Notes: generated from the sequence alone by a model not told the origin. Shown: positions 40,091 through 54,902, counted from the stretch's first letter. The stretch is 64,000 nucleotides of DNA from Eledone cirrhosa (GCA_964016885.1 OZ024762.1:14508001-14572000), one strand, 5' to 3'. Program-made: numbers and translations.

Positions 40091-40364
40091 GTGTACAGAT
40101 ATTGTTGCATACACAATAACAAAATATAAACAAACGTATTTATTTCACGAGGCTCGATGAGGATAAATATATATCAAATATATAAGAACCCGAGGGACAA
40201 TCCCGAGCAACGCCGGGCCATTCTGCTAGTGTATGCTAGCTAAAGGGTTAATGGGTTCGGCCAAATGGTTGCAAAGTGAACTCCTTAACCACACGGCCAC
40301 AAGATGGAGATGATGGTGATGATGATGATGATGTGTTATAACGGGGTAGAAGATGTATGTGGTT

Positions 40365-40450
40365 TGAATTAAGCGAATGAATGTTCACCCGGTGATGCTA
40401 GGGTTCAAGAAACACACCTCCCGGGCAAACATCATCCACCCGAAACAACC
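40365..40450 (-). ncRNA. mir-36: miR-36 family precursor hairpin; predicted mature 3p UCACCGGGUGAACAUUCAUUCG (40395-40374)
   Basis: Same seed as the 35-kb copy; the 5' arm GUGGAUGAUGUUUGCCCGGGAG pairs with the mature arm. Confidence 0.88.
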
Positions 40451-40494
40451 TGATTAGAAAACCCAGCAAGAATTCTTGTGTAGGTGGCGCAGTT

Positions 40495-41018
40495 GTGGTC
40501 GTGGTCGTGACGATGGTGGGGATGATGGTTGGGGGTGGTCAGTGGTTACGATGGTTGTAGTGGTTGTGGTGATAGTGGTGGTGGTGGTGGTGGCGGCGAT
40601 GGTAGTGGTGATGATGCTGGTAATGGTGATAGTGGTGGTGGTCGTCGTCATAGTGGTGATGATGATGATGGGAATGTTGGTGATGATGGTAATGGTGGTG
40701 GTGGTGATGGTAATGGTGGTGGTGGTGATGGGAATGGTGGTGATGATGATGATGGTGATGATGATGGTGATGATGGTAATGGTGGTGATGATGATGGTAA
40801 TGGTGGTGATGGAGGTGATGATGATGGGAATGGTGGTGATGATGGTAATGGTGGTGGTGGTGGTGGTGATGATGGTGGTGATGGTGGTGATGATGGTAAT
40901 GGTGGTGATGATGGTAATGGTGGTGATGCTGATGGTGGTTATGGGAATGGTAGTGATGGTTTTGGTGATGACGATGATGATGAGGATAAGGATGACGATG
41001 ATGATGATGGTGGTGATG
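40495..41018. repeat. (GAT/GGT)n low-complexity tract
   Basis: Directly visible. Confidence 0.93.
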
Positions 41019-41264
41019 AAGAAATACATCACCCGTTGTTCTTCTGGAAGATTCTCTGGAAGTGCCTGGCACTGAAATAAAACAAACAGAAAAATTAATG
41101 AAAATTAAAATTATTCATTCATACAAATGAAACAGTTCTAGTTCCGTAGGAGTCATTTCTACATAAAATAAATAAATGAATATACCCAATCTCTATTAAC
41201 GTATTGAGTACTTTATTTATTTTCCAATAGCCTTCGGGATACCATTCTTTTATATATATATATA

Positions 41265-41668
41265 GACCCACCTTGCCCATGTACAAAGCGAAACCTAGTC
41301 AGTAGGCAAATATACACCCCAACCCACTACCCCTACTCCATTCCCCCACCAACACCACCCTTTCTCTGTAAAGTTATGTTGGTACCACAACATCCAGTCC
41401 AAACTAGAGAGGTTATGTAGGTGTCACGACAACAAAACACACAGTCCACGCTGTAATGTGGCCTTGTAGGTAACACAGTAAAAAGCTCCCAGTCCACAAC
41501 TGTAAGTGTGGTTGGTGTTAGGAAGGGCATCCAGCCGTAGAAAACCTGCCAGACAGTCCTATACGAGCGAGACACGGTCACCTGACCAATCTTGCCTCAA
41601 ATGGGACAACTCCCGCCTAACCCATGCTAGCGTGGAAGATAGACGTTAAACGATGATGATGATGATGA
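41265..41668 (+). mobile_element. RTE 3'-UTR fragment
   Basis: Reverse-complement match to 18560-18960, with a (TGA)n tail. Confidence 0.85.
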
Positions 41669-42023
41669 TTTATATCTATATATATGTATATATCAGTATA
41701 TAGTTGATGGCTGAGAGAAAGGAGTACTCAATACCGACGGGAACTGATGCTGGCTTGATTTCTACAGCTGGATGCCCTTCCTAACACCAACCTCATTTAC
41801 AGTGAGTGCTGGGTGCTTTTTTTGCCGTGGCAGCTCCACGACCACTTTGCAGTGGAATTATAGGGACCCCAGTCCCTATCATCTCATTTCTACAGCTGAG
41901 TAAACTGGAGCAATGTGAAATAAAGTGTCTTGCTCAAGGAAACAACACATCACCTGGTCTGAGAATTGAACTCACAACCTTTCGATTGCAAGGCCAATGC
42001 TCTAACCACTAAGCCATGTGCCT

Positions 42024-42141
<118 letters not shown>

Positions 42142-42503
42142 GAAGTTCAAGACAGAAAGAAAAAGACGAATTAGCCTGCTTCACATCACACGCAGCTACC
42201 CCTACACCCTAACATCTACCCACACAGCCACCCACCTTCATAGAGATACCCACACATTCATTCCTTTGTCACCTCCAACCACCACCACCACCACCACCAC
42301 CACCACACCACTCCACCCACTTTTATTGTCTGTCACCTTACAATGCCAACACCACTACCCCTCCCGACTCCACCCCCCCCACCCCCCCAACCACCACACC
42401 ACTACTCCCCCCCAACCACCAACCCACCACCACACCTAGTCCACTCCCAGGAGCGCCGCACCTCTCACTATGATCTACCTGAATCTCTTATATAATCTAC
42501 AAG

Positions 42504-43169
42504 CACACACACACACACATATATAATCTATGTATATATATATATATAGACACACAGTCCCACATGTATATATACACACACACACACACACATATAATCT
42601 ATGTATATATATATATATATATAGACACACAGTCCCACATGTATATATACACACACACACACATATAATCTATGTATATATATATAGACACACAGTCCCA
42701 CATGTATATATATACACACACACACACACATATAATCTATGTATATATATATATATATAGACACACAGTCCCACATGTATATATATACACACACACACAC
42801 ACATATATAATCTATGTATATATATATATATAGACACACAGTCCCACATGTATATATATACACACACACACACACACATATAATCTATGTATATATATAT
42901 AGACACACAGTCCCACATGTATATATACACACACACACACATATAATCTATGTATATATATATATATATAGACACACAGTCCCACATGTATATATACACA
43001 CACACACACACACATATAATCTATGTATATATATATATATATATAGACACACAGTCCCACATGTATATATACACACACACACACACACATATAATCTATG
43101 TATATATATATAGACACACAGTCCCACATGTATATATATATACACCCACACACACACATATAATCTATG

Positions 43170-43203
<34 letters not shown>

Positions 43204-43436
43204 GTCCCACATGTATATATATATATATACACCCACATGTATATATACACACACACAGTCCCACATGTATAGATATATATACCCACATGTATATATACAC
43301 ACACACACACATATAATCTATGTATATATATATAGACACACACAGTCCCACATGTATATATATACACCCACACACATATAATCTATGTATATATATAGAC
43401 ACAGTCCCACAGGTATATATATATATACACGCACAC

Positions 43437-43467
<31 letters not shown>

Positions 43468-43580
43468 TATCTATGTGTATATATATATATAGACACACAG
43501 TCCCACATATAATCTATGTATATATATATAGACACACAGTCCCACATGTATATATATATACACACACACATATATACACA
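42504..43580. repeat. Compound minisatellite (ATAATCTATG...AGACACACAGTCCCACATG), about 15 units
   Basis: Fixed cores separated by variable TA/CA runs. Confidence 0.93.
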
Positions 43581-43859
43581 CACATCATTGGCTCTGTACA
43601 GAGACTCATAAAAAAACCTGTCTTCTGGGACATGTGTGTGTATGTGTGATCATGTGACTGTCTGTATATGCATGTGTATGGTGTATATATATATATGTGT
43701 GTATATACATATATATATGTGTGTGTGTATGGTATGTATATGTGTATGGTATGTATATATGTATCTGTGTGTATATATATATATATGTGTGTGTATGGTA
43801 TGTATATGTGTATGTATCTGTGTGTATATATATATATGTGTGTGTGTATGGTATGTATA

Positions 43860-43910
<51 letters not shown>

Positions 43911-43967
43911 ATGGTATGTATATGTATCTGTGTGTATATATATATATGTGTGTGTGTGTATAGTATG

Positions 43968-44002
<35 letters not shown>

Positions 44003-44629
44003 CTGTGTGTGTATATATATATATATATATATGTATATATGTGTGTGTATGGTATATATATATATATACATATATATATGAGAGAGAGAGAGGGAGAGAG
44101 CAATAACAATAGCCATAGAAACCACTAGCTACCTGGGTGAGGGGACAATAAACTAGTTTATCTCCTACCACCACCACTACTACCACCACCACTACTACCA
44201 CTACCACTACCACCACCACCACCACTATTACCACCACCATTACTACGATCACTACTATACACTACCACCACTACCACTACTACCACCACCACTACCACTA
44301 CTACCACCACCACTACCAACATCCCCATCAACACCACCACTACTACTACCCCTACCACAACTCCTACTCACTACCATTTATCATCACCACCACCACACCC
44401 CCTATTACTACATACCGCCGCCCCCACCACTTGACTAACAATTGAAGGAGAGTGTGGTGGGAGGAGGGGGGTACAGGTGTATAAAATGTTGAATGAAAAG
44501 TATGTCTCTTGGTCATTGTACAGTATAGAGAGAGGGTGGAGAGAGAGAGGGATAGAAAAGGAGAAAGAAAAGGGTAAGGGTGAGAGACAGAAAGAAAAAG
44601 AGGACGAGGAGAGGTAGAAAGAGGGTGAG

Positions 44630-44960
44630 GGGGAAAGGGAGAGGCAGAAAATAAGAGGGTGAGAGGGAGAGGCAGAAAGTAAGAGGGTGAGAGGGAGAGA
44701 GGGAGAGGCAGAAAGTAAGAGGGCGAGAGGGAGAGGCAGAAAGTAAGAGGGTGAGAGGGAGAGGCAGAAAGTAAGAGGGCGAGAGGGAGAGAGGGGGGGG
44801 GGGGGGGTAGAAAGTAAGAGGGCGAGAGGGAGAGGTAGAAAGTAAGAGGGCGAGAGAAAGAGAGGGGGGCAGAAAGTAAGAGGGTGAGAGAAAGAGAGGG
44901 GGAGGTAGAAAGTAAGAGGGCGAGAGGGGGAGGCAGAAAGTAGGAGGGCGAGAGAAAGAG
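44630..44960. repeat. Purine-rich ~28-bp tandem repeat (GAGAGGCAGAAAGTAAGAGGG)
   Basis: Directly visible, about 10 copies. Confidence 0.88.
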
Positions 44961-45258
44961 ACGGTGAGAGAGAAAGGTAAAAAGATAGATAGATATATAG
45001 AGAAAGAATGAAAAACCAGTATATTTCACAGGCTTACACAAACTAGGCCCACACCTACCCCCACCACCTTCCCTCTCCACTACCCCACCACCTTCCCTCT
45101 CCACTACCCCACCACCTTCCCTCTCCACTACCCCCACCACCACATCAACCCCCACCCCGCAACCAACACCTCAGCTATCACTAAACCTCATAAGCCTTTC
45201 ACAACTACAACACCACTCCCGGCATTTACCTCGCCACCACTATATATATATATATATT

Positions 45259-45309
45259 GGCTTCCTGATGATTTCCCCCGAATGAAACAGTTCTAGTCCT
45301 GTAGAAGCC
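45259..45309 (+). ncRNA. Canonical type I hammerhead ribozyme
   Basis: ggcttc CTGATGA t-ttc-cccc-gaa-t GAAA cag-ttctagtc-ctg TA gaagcc: 6-bp stem I and GUA triplet. Relatives at 57471-57515 and 41128-41155. Confidence 0.85.
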
Positions 45310-46243
45310 TTTCTATATTATATAAAATGGCGGTGGATATCAGTGTCGGTAGACGGTCAGACGCCATGCTTTGCAGCAAAGAGTTACGCCCCTTTATGGT
45401 CTGAGTTCAAATCGCGCCGAGGTTGACTTTGCCTTTCATCCTTACGGGGTCGATAAAATAAAGTACCAGTAATACACTGGGTTAATTGCTGGCCTTGTGC
45501 CAAAAGTAGAAACAATTATATAAATATATATATATAAATAAAAGAAGAAACAGGGGCTGTGTAGTTGCGGGATAAGGTGTATTTAAGAGGAAAGCTTGAA
45601 CCGGAGAAAACTTTCCTTCGCCAGTTGTCTGCTGGGGTTCATGGATATTTCTACGGATTAATATATATATATATATATATATACTTAGGGTAGTAGAGTG
45701 GGTAATAGGAACGAGTAGGACCCCGACGGCTGAGCTCAAGCCGTTTTGACGGATAGTCCAGAATTAGCCGTCGAAACGGCTTGAGCTCAGCCGTCGGGGT
45801 CCTACTCGTTCCTATTACCCACTCTATTACCCTTAGTATTGAGTACTCTGGTGCGTTATAGTCCACCTGGTTCCTTACCACACCCTCCTTGTTATATATA
45901 TATATAACAAGAAGGGTGTGGTAAGGAAACAGGTGGACTATAACGCACCAGAGTACTCAATACTTAGGGTAGTAGAATAACAAGGAGGGTGTGGTAAGGA
46001 ACCAGGTGGACCATAACGCACCAAAGTACTCAATACTTAGGGTAGTAGAATAACAAGGAGGGTGTGGTAAGGAACCAGGTGGACTATAACGCACCAGAGT
46101 ACTCAATACTTACGGTAGTAGAGTGGGTAATAGGAAAATATCCAGGATCCCGACAGCTGAGCTCCGGCTGTTCCGACAGCTAGATCCAGTTCGGATCTAG
46201 CTGTCGGGGCCCTTACTCTTTTCCTAAATATGTATATATATAT

Positions 46244-47507
46244 ATATCATACTCCACGGCACCAAACCTTGAAGCATACATAAAAAAACTTAACTTAAGG
46301 CAATTAAACAACTCTACAAAACAAAACATTTTAGTAACAGGTGGGCAGAACGCAATATCTGCCTCCCAACCACTAAATGGGAGACGGATATTGCACAACC
46401 CACCTGTACCCGCTACCCACAACAAAGCATGTAACTGCCATCTACCTGAAAGATGTCCATTGCAGAATGAATGCCTAAAGTCCAACATTGTTTACCAATG
46501 CACGGTTGAATCGGACGACCAGAAATGGTATTATATCGGATCTACCACCACATCGTTTAAATCTCGCTGGTACCGTCATCGATTCTCAATCAAACATCAG
46601 AATCACCGTTTTGTGACCACGCTCGCCAACAAGACCTGGCAACTCCGTGAACACAACCAACAGTTCACCTTAAAATGGGATATACTTTCCAGCGCAAATG
46701 CATATCGGAGTGGTTTGAAGTACTGCAGGTTATGTAACCTTGAGCTATTTTACATACTAAAATCCAAAAACAAACAACTTAACGATAGAATTGAACGATC
46801 ATTATACTGCAACCACAAACTAAAAGCTAAATTCTCTCACTATAAAATAACTTAACATTCGAACCCGTAACTACAACACCACTTTCTAGCTAACAACCCT
46901 CTCTTCTCCCCCACACTACAAGACAATACACTGCTTATCACTATACATGGTAACTCAGTACAATTCCTAGATTACTACTACAAAACCAAAAGTTCACTCA
47001 CCACATATACTTTATCTGTCCCCTCTCTACCTATATATCTCTCTCTACATCCATTACACTCTCTCTCTCTCACCTTTGACCTACCTCCCTCTCAACATCT
47101 ATGAACTTGACCTCTGGGGCAATAAATAATTCCGACCTCAACTATCTACGCATCTCTCCAAAAGTAACTAATAAAACCCCTACCATAACATTTTGATTAA
47201 GATATCTACAAGCCACTCTCTCCTACTTCTCCAACCCCTGCATATCTTTCCTTCTCTCTCCATCTTCCCTACTTTTCTCTCTTCCTGTTCCACTCTATCT
47301 TCCCCAACAACCCCACTTAAGGGTTTTTACATTGTATATTTACCATTCTGCTCTGAGGAAACAGTGGTCACAGCATTGGATATTCGAGTTCTGCAAGTAC
47401 TTGTGAATTTGCACGTAGCGGAACTAGGCTGCAGTACCACCGTGGAAACACTTGTAAGCACACGGAATAAACTACCTTTTTATGATATCTACCTGTTATT
47501 ATTCATT

Positions 47508-47510
<3 letters not shown>
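46244..47510 (+). mobile_element. 5'-truncated Penelope-like element: GIY-YIG endonuclease region plus 3' UTR
   Basis: ISYSTAPNL...CNC....CPLQNEC...NIVYQCTV......YYIGST...FKSRW..H...CRLCNLE..ILK, stop at 46855; flanked by (TA)n. Confidence 0.9.
47349..47460 (+). ncRNA. Hammerhead with ~85-nt extended stem II in the Penelope 3' region
   Basis: tgct CTGAGGA aacagtggt...accaccgtg GAAA ca-ct-tg TA agca. Confidence 0.65.
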
Positions 47511-47554
<44 letters not shown>

Positions 47555-47560
<6 letters not shown>

Positions 47561-47752
47561 GTACTGCGCTGTTTCCTCAGTACGTCCTCATCAGATAAAA
47601 TAAAATCTGACATATCTCAACTGTGCTGATGGTTCAATTCCAGTCTTGGAATTGAACCATCAGCACAGTTGAGGTATGTCAGACATCAATTTATTTTATC
47701 TGATGAGGTCGTACTGAGGAAACAGCACAGTACCTCTGAAATATATAAAAAA
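47555..47752. repeat. Palindrome (~85-bp arms) with a hammerhead fold (CTGATGA at 47700, GAAA at 47738)
   Basis: The arms are reverse-complementary around CAGTCTTG. Confidence 0.88.
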
Positions 47753-48208
47753 CAATATATTTGATCACATGAATGTCTATATTTATTAATATTTTGAATT
47801 AATATTAATAACTCCAGAAAACTTCACTGTTGAGTGCTTCTAATCTATTGTAAAACTATATTCATTGATTAATCAATGAACCTTGTTTAACTTTTGGTCA
47901 TATATATATATATATATATACTATAAATTATGTCCATAGAATCATTTGATAAGATATATACTCCATTTCCTCTCCCAATTACCATAATCAACCACACAAA
48001 AAACAATTAAACTAGGCTACAAGATTAAAAGGCACCTATGAAGAAATAATAGATAAATAAACGACAGCCATCTATTCGCGATCAACAGCTATAGAATATT
48101 TACCCAGCATTTCAATAGCACGTGGAAATCGATTAAATATATCGTCAACCATACACAATTAGGTATAAAATTAAAGTTAGAAGAAAAAATGCATATACAC
48201 ATACCAGG

Positions 48209-48260
<52 letters not shown>

Positions 48261-48918
48261 CACACACACAGAAACTAGATACATGAACAGAAAGGCCGTA
48301 GAAGTGTGTATATATGTGTGTATGTGTGTGTGTGTCCGCCCCCTAAAAAAAGGGAGACACCATTCTCCCCACGATTGTTTAGGAGTGATTGAATACTGTT
48401 GTGGTGGTGATGGTTAGGGTGGTAGTGGTGGTGGTGGTGATGGTGAGGGCGGTGGTGGTTGTTGTTATGGGAGTAACGATGATAGTGGTCGTTGTAGTGA
48501 TGGTAGTTGTTGCCATAACAACCGTGGGAACGGACCCGGGGTCTCACTCGCATCCTTAAAAATAAATAAATATACAAATATACATAAAATAAAATATAAA
48601 AAAAAAAGGAAATTTAATTTACAAAGAAATAAAATGAAAAAAAAAAAATCAAAGTATTTTAAGGGAGTTTTGTCTGTCTGTCTGTTAGAAAAAAGGGGAC
48701 AGTTCCCATCCTGTTCTATTTACCTCTTATTTATGCCTACCTAATCCCCGCCCTATCACACAGTTACACACACACACATCTCATACCACATACACCACAC
48801 ACACATCACATCTCATACCACATACACCACACACACACATCTCATACCACATACACACACACATCTCATACCACATACACCACACACACACATCAACACA
48901 CATCTCATACCACATACA

Positions 48919-48954
<36 letters not shown>

Positions 48955-49075
48955 CACACCACCAAATACATCATTAATTGCTAGAAATAGCTGCCAAATC
49001 ACACAAACCCATCACAAAAGACGGAGGAGTCACGGTGGAACGCCTTTGCTCAGGTCTATTGAACACACACACACA

Positions 49076-49116
<41 letters not shown>

Positions 49117-49324
49117 ATGATTGTTTCTGATTTAGACACAAGGCCAGCAATTTCGGGGTAAGGGAAAGTCAATTAAATCGACACCAGTACATTACTGGTA
49201 CTTTATTTTATCTACCCTGTAAGGATGAAAGGCAAAGTTAACCTCGGCGGGATTTGAACTCAGAACGTAAAGGGACGTAACTAAATGCCGCAAAACAGGT
49301 TGTTTGATGTTCTACTGATACTGA

Positions 49325-49403
<79 letters not shown>

Positions 49404-49452
49404 TAGGATGGTTGATTGATCAAATGATACATTTAAACAGACACACACACAC

Positions 49453-49483
<31 letters not shown>

Positions 49484-49801
49484 TATATATATACACACAC
49501 ATATACACACATAACTTGTGTGAAGTGATGTGCATATCAGATAAGTCACATACACTGTCAAAATTAATGGGATAGGTTTCAAGGCGCAACTCGAAACATT
49601 TCCTCGAGATACGACTGGTGACATTCTCCTTCAGTAGCTAAATGACACCCCACCCCCACCACCACCACCACACAGTGTCATACGACGTATATTGGCACTT
49701 TAAACCTAGGGGAGGGTCATCTATCCGGTCTCCAGGTCTTAGCGTCTTAGCACAGAGGATTTCTTCCACACAGAGAGAGAGAGAAAGAGAGAGAGAGGGG
49801 G

Positions 49802-49851
<50 letters not shown>

Positions 49852-50581
49852 CGTCAACAGTACCTGACTGTTACTAATTTATTGACCTCGAAGGGGTTTC
49901 AACTCAAAGACCCCGAATGAACACCGCAAAGGGCTCTAACGATGTTTCGAAGCCAAGTTATTTTATTAAATTCCTTCAAATATTCTTCTTAAGGATGAAA
50001 GGCAAAGTCAAATCCCGAGGTTGACTTTGCCTTTCATCCTTACGGGGTCGATAAAATAAAGTACCAGTAATACACTGGGGTTATTTGCTGGCCTAGTGCC
50101 AAAAATTAGAAACAATTACTATATATTATTCTTCGCTCCCTTATTCCTGAGAGGGCCGTGGTGGGCCAGAGTCCTCAAACACTCCTTCCAGCGGGTCCCG
50201 TCAGAAGCTACCGTCTCCAACAAATCAGGTTGGCTCCCCAACCGTGACCATCCAAGCTCATGTATTATGACACCCAACGATCTGGCTCGGGTTAGAAATA
50301 TGATAATGTTTTCTTTATTAACCACAAGGGTTTACATAAAGTAGACATTATGATAATGAAAGTTCTAAGTCCGGGTGGCCACGGGTGGAATGGCACATGC
50401 CACGAGTCTGAAAGTTGCTTGACCTATAACTAAATGACCTCTATATATAACTACACACGGTGGAAAGGTGATTTTTTATGAGAAAATTCAGTCTGCCTTC
50501 TCACCTGCTTTTCAGGTTAATCAAAGGTGTCTATACACAGGTATATGTGAGGTTCAGGAGCCTTAACTATTCATTATATAT

Positions 50582-50635
<54 letters not shown>

Positions 50636-50684
50636 TAGAGTGGGTGTTTAAAATACCACTATATATATATATACACACATACAA

Positions 50685-50778
<94 letters not shown>

Positions 50779-51128
50779 CACACGTACATCTATATATATA
50801 TATATAACACACGTACATCTATATATATAACACACGTACATCTATATATATATATATACACATATATACATATACACACACATATCTCTCTCTCTCTATA
50901 TATATATTTTAAAGGATCGATCGACTTTCGTCAAATCGGACCGAGGAAACAATGTTTCCGTTGGTCTTTCCAGTTGCTAGTACTATCTATCGGTCGCAAC
51001 TCCAGGTAGAAGGAGCAACGTGAAATAAAGTGTCTTGCTCAAGGACATAACGCATCGCCCGGTCCAGGAATCGAACTCACAATCTCAAGAGTGTGAGTTC
51101 GATTCTCTAACCACTCAGCCACACGCCT

Positions 51129-51298
<170 letters not shown>

Positions 51299-51504
51299 TA
51301 CATATATATAAACATATACATATCTATATATGTACACGTACATCTATATATATACACATATATACATATACACACACAATCCGGAAAAAAATTATTTTTG
51401 GATTTTGTGAAGAAAATAAATTTGTTGAAAGCACAAGTGAAGCCATTTTTTTCTCTTCCCCCCTGTCTTAATATACCTAACTGTACCAAGGATTACACAC
51501 TTTT

Positions 51505-51611
<107 letters not shown>

Positions 51612-52431
51612 GTGTATGTGCGTGTGTGCATGAAGATCTATTGGTTTTATCAATGTCAATCAGGTAAGGTGGGGAGTTCCATGTGTGATATGATCGACTT
51701 AAAAAGACGGCACTCCATTATGACCGCAATCTAATGACTGAAGAATAAAAGAATGAAGATATAATCTTATAGTATACAGACTATTCTTTTATTCTTTACA
51801 ATCTATACAAAGTGGAGACATCGCTAAACAGGTTTGTACAATTTGCATAACACTTCATTCGCTGACAATGTAGAAAGTAGATTATTATTTAAATAATGTT
51901 CTATTGAAAGTTTATGTATTTTTCTGTCTCCTCGGAGTAATTTATCCAATTTTTTCTCAGCTATTATCTATAGTGGTCGATTGTTGTTACAGATATTTTC
52001 TGCATTTGGGACTCTCACGTGTTCAGTTTCCAAAACAATTCCAGAGTTTCAAAGATCCCTTCATAGCATTATCGTTAGTGAAAATCGGGTAAAGTACCCC
52101 TGGAAACGCGAAAAGACAAACAAAAGTGGACAGCCTGTCACATCCTCCCGTGGGGTCGAGTAAAGTATCTCTCGGGGACGCCAAAGAAAAAACAAAAAAC
52201 AATACAAAAGTGGACAGCCTGCCACATCCTCCAGCATGGGATGGAATGACTGATGGAACTTGGACATCGCTAGGTTTTCTTCGTCGCGTCACTTTCGGCC
52301 ACCTTGTCCCGGGGGTGGAGTGGGTAGAGCTGAGAAGATACACCACCTTGTGATAAAGTCTGGAGTTTGCCCCATCCCACACCACCCGCTACCATCCTCC
52401 ATTTTAACTTTTACTTCTCTCTCTCGCTCCT

Positions 52432-52485
<54 letters not shown>

Positions 52486-52642
52486 AAATGTTAAACCCCG
52501 ACGGCAGAGCTCAAGCCGTTTCGACGGCTATTCCAGAAATAGCCGTCGAAACGACTTGAGCTCTGCCGTCGGGGTTTAACATTTTCCTATTACCCACTCT
52601 ACTACGTTATGGTCCATCTGGTTCCTTACCACACTTCCTTCG

Positions 52643-52689
<47 letters not shown>

Positions 52690-52693
<4 letters not shown>

Positions 52694-52831
52694 ATATTAA
52701 TAAATGGAAACTACATTTATAAAACCATAATTATTTTATTATATATATTTCAAGGGCAACCACGGCAGTTTTGGTGCGCTTTCATCAGATAAAATACAAA
52801 ATTTGTTTTATAAATGTTGACATACCCGTAG

Positions 52832-52920
<89 letters not shown>

Positions 52921-54130
52921 CAATATTAGTAAATGGAAAATACCTTTATAATACCATATTTCAAGGACACAAAAATCAAATAGAATATAATATTTGGTGT
53001 TAAGATATTGACATACCTTAGCATAGATTTAAGAGTATAAATCACGTTAGCGAGCTTATACTATTAAGTCTGCGCTAAGGTATGTCAATATCTTAATACC
53101 AAATATTATATTCTATCAGAGCTCAAGTCGTTTCGACGGCTATTTCTGGAATAGCCGTCGAAACGGCTCGAGCTCTGCCGTCGGGGTTTAACATTTTCTC
53201 ATATATATATATGAAGGGGAGCGAGAGAGAGAAGTAAAAGTTAAAGAATGGTGGATTGGCAGTATCGGTAGAGAGCCGGACACCATGCTTTGAAGCATAG
53301 AGTTACGTCCCTTTATGATCTGAGTTCAAATCCCGCCGAGGTTAACTTTGCCTTTCATCCTTACGGGGTCGATAAAATAAAGTACCAGTAATGCACTGGG
53401 TAATTGCTGGCCTTGTGCCTAAAATAGAAACAATTAAAAGGGCGGTGAATTGGCAGTATCGGTAGAGGGCCGGACGCCTTGCTTTGACGCATAGTTACGG
53501 CCCTTGCCATTCTGAGTTGAAATCTCACCGAGGTTAACTTTGCCTTTCATCCTTACGGGGTCGATAAAATAAAGTACCAGTAATGTACTGGTGGTTTTTG
53601 CTGGCCCTGTGCCAATCTATCTGATGAAAGCACACTGAAATGTTGTGTCCTTGAAATACGTATAATAAAATAAATATGGTATTATAAAGGTATTTTCCAT
53701 TTATTAATATTGTTAATATATATATATATATAAATATATATATATATAAATATATATATAAATATATATATATATAAATATGTATATATATAAATATGTA
53801 TATATATATAAATATATATATATAAAATATAAATGTATATATATATAATTATAAATATAAAATATATATATAAATATATATATATATAAATATATATATA
53901 AATATACTGCCAAATCAACTTTTCAAATACAAGTCGATGTTGAACGGTATGTCAAATCTATTTATCTATAAAACTGTCTATATTGTATTTTGTCTGAGGA
54001 AGGCATAGCATATTGTTAATATGATATCCCTGAAATATATATAATGAAATAAATATGGTTTTATAAATATAGTTTCCATTTATTTAATATCGTAAATATA
54101 CTCCAAATACTTGTCGAGTGCTTTTATATC
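52690..54130. repeat. Several hammerhead-bearing TATTTTAT-family copies and a palindrome at 52980-53116
   Basis: CTGANGA...GAAA-TA(TA/CG)TA-TA folds at 52730-52796 (-), 53618-53672 (+) and 53986-54051 (+). Confidence 0.75.
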
Positions 54131-54390
54131 AGTTATAAATATTTACTAGTTGTAACCCAACAATTTAAATATAACTTTCCATATATAAATATAAATATAT
54201 ATAAATATAAATATATATATATATAAATATATATATATATATTAACAATATTAATAAATGGAAAATATCTTTACAATACCATATTTATTTTATTATACGT
54301 GTTTCACACAACCCCAACTCTCAAGCGTGAAACTAAAAACCATATCATTTGTACTGCCTCTGTTTTTTTGTTCTTTGTTCATTTATTCAA

Positions 54391-54456
<66 letters not shown>

Positions 54457-54479
54457 ACGCTAGAACGGTTTCATTATAT

Positions 54480-54594
<115 letters not shown>

Positions 54595-54902
54595 TGTGTG
54601 TTTGTGTGTGTGTTTGTGTGTAAAATCTTTCTCTCTCTCTCCCTGTGACCAGAAGATCTCATTTGAACTGAATTGAAATCAAATCTATTGAGCTGTCTTT
54701 ACCTGTGAGAAGTGAAGCAGGGTGGGGTATAGGTGAGGGAGGGGCGCAGGGTGGCAGATAAAAGGCGTTGGTTTCTAGATAGATATGTAGGTAGGGGGAG
54801 GAAGGGAGCAGGGTAGATACCTCAGTAGCTGGATAGTTAAGTAGTTAGGATGATAAACAAGTATCCAGGTAGGCAGGTAGGTAGATAAAGAGAGAGAAAT
54901 GG

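Noticed and set aside
40476-41080. Plus-strand Val/Met- or Gly/Asp-rich proteins
   Set aside because: Trinucleotide low-complexity tract open in several frames, with no supporting splice signals on the plus strand.
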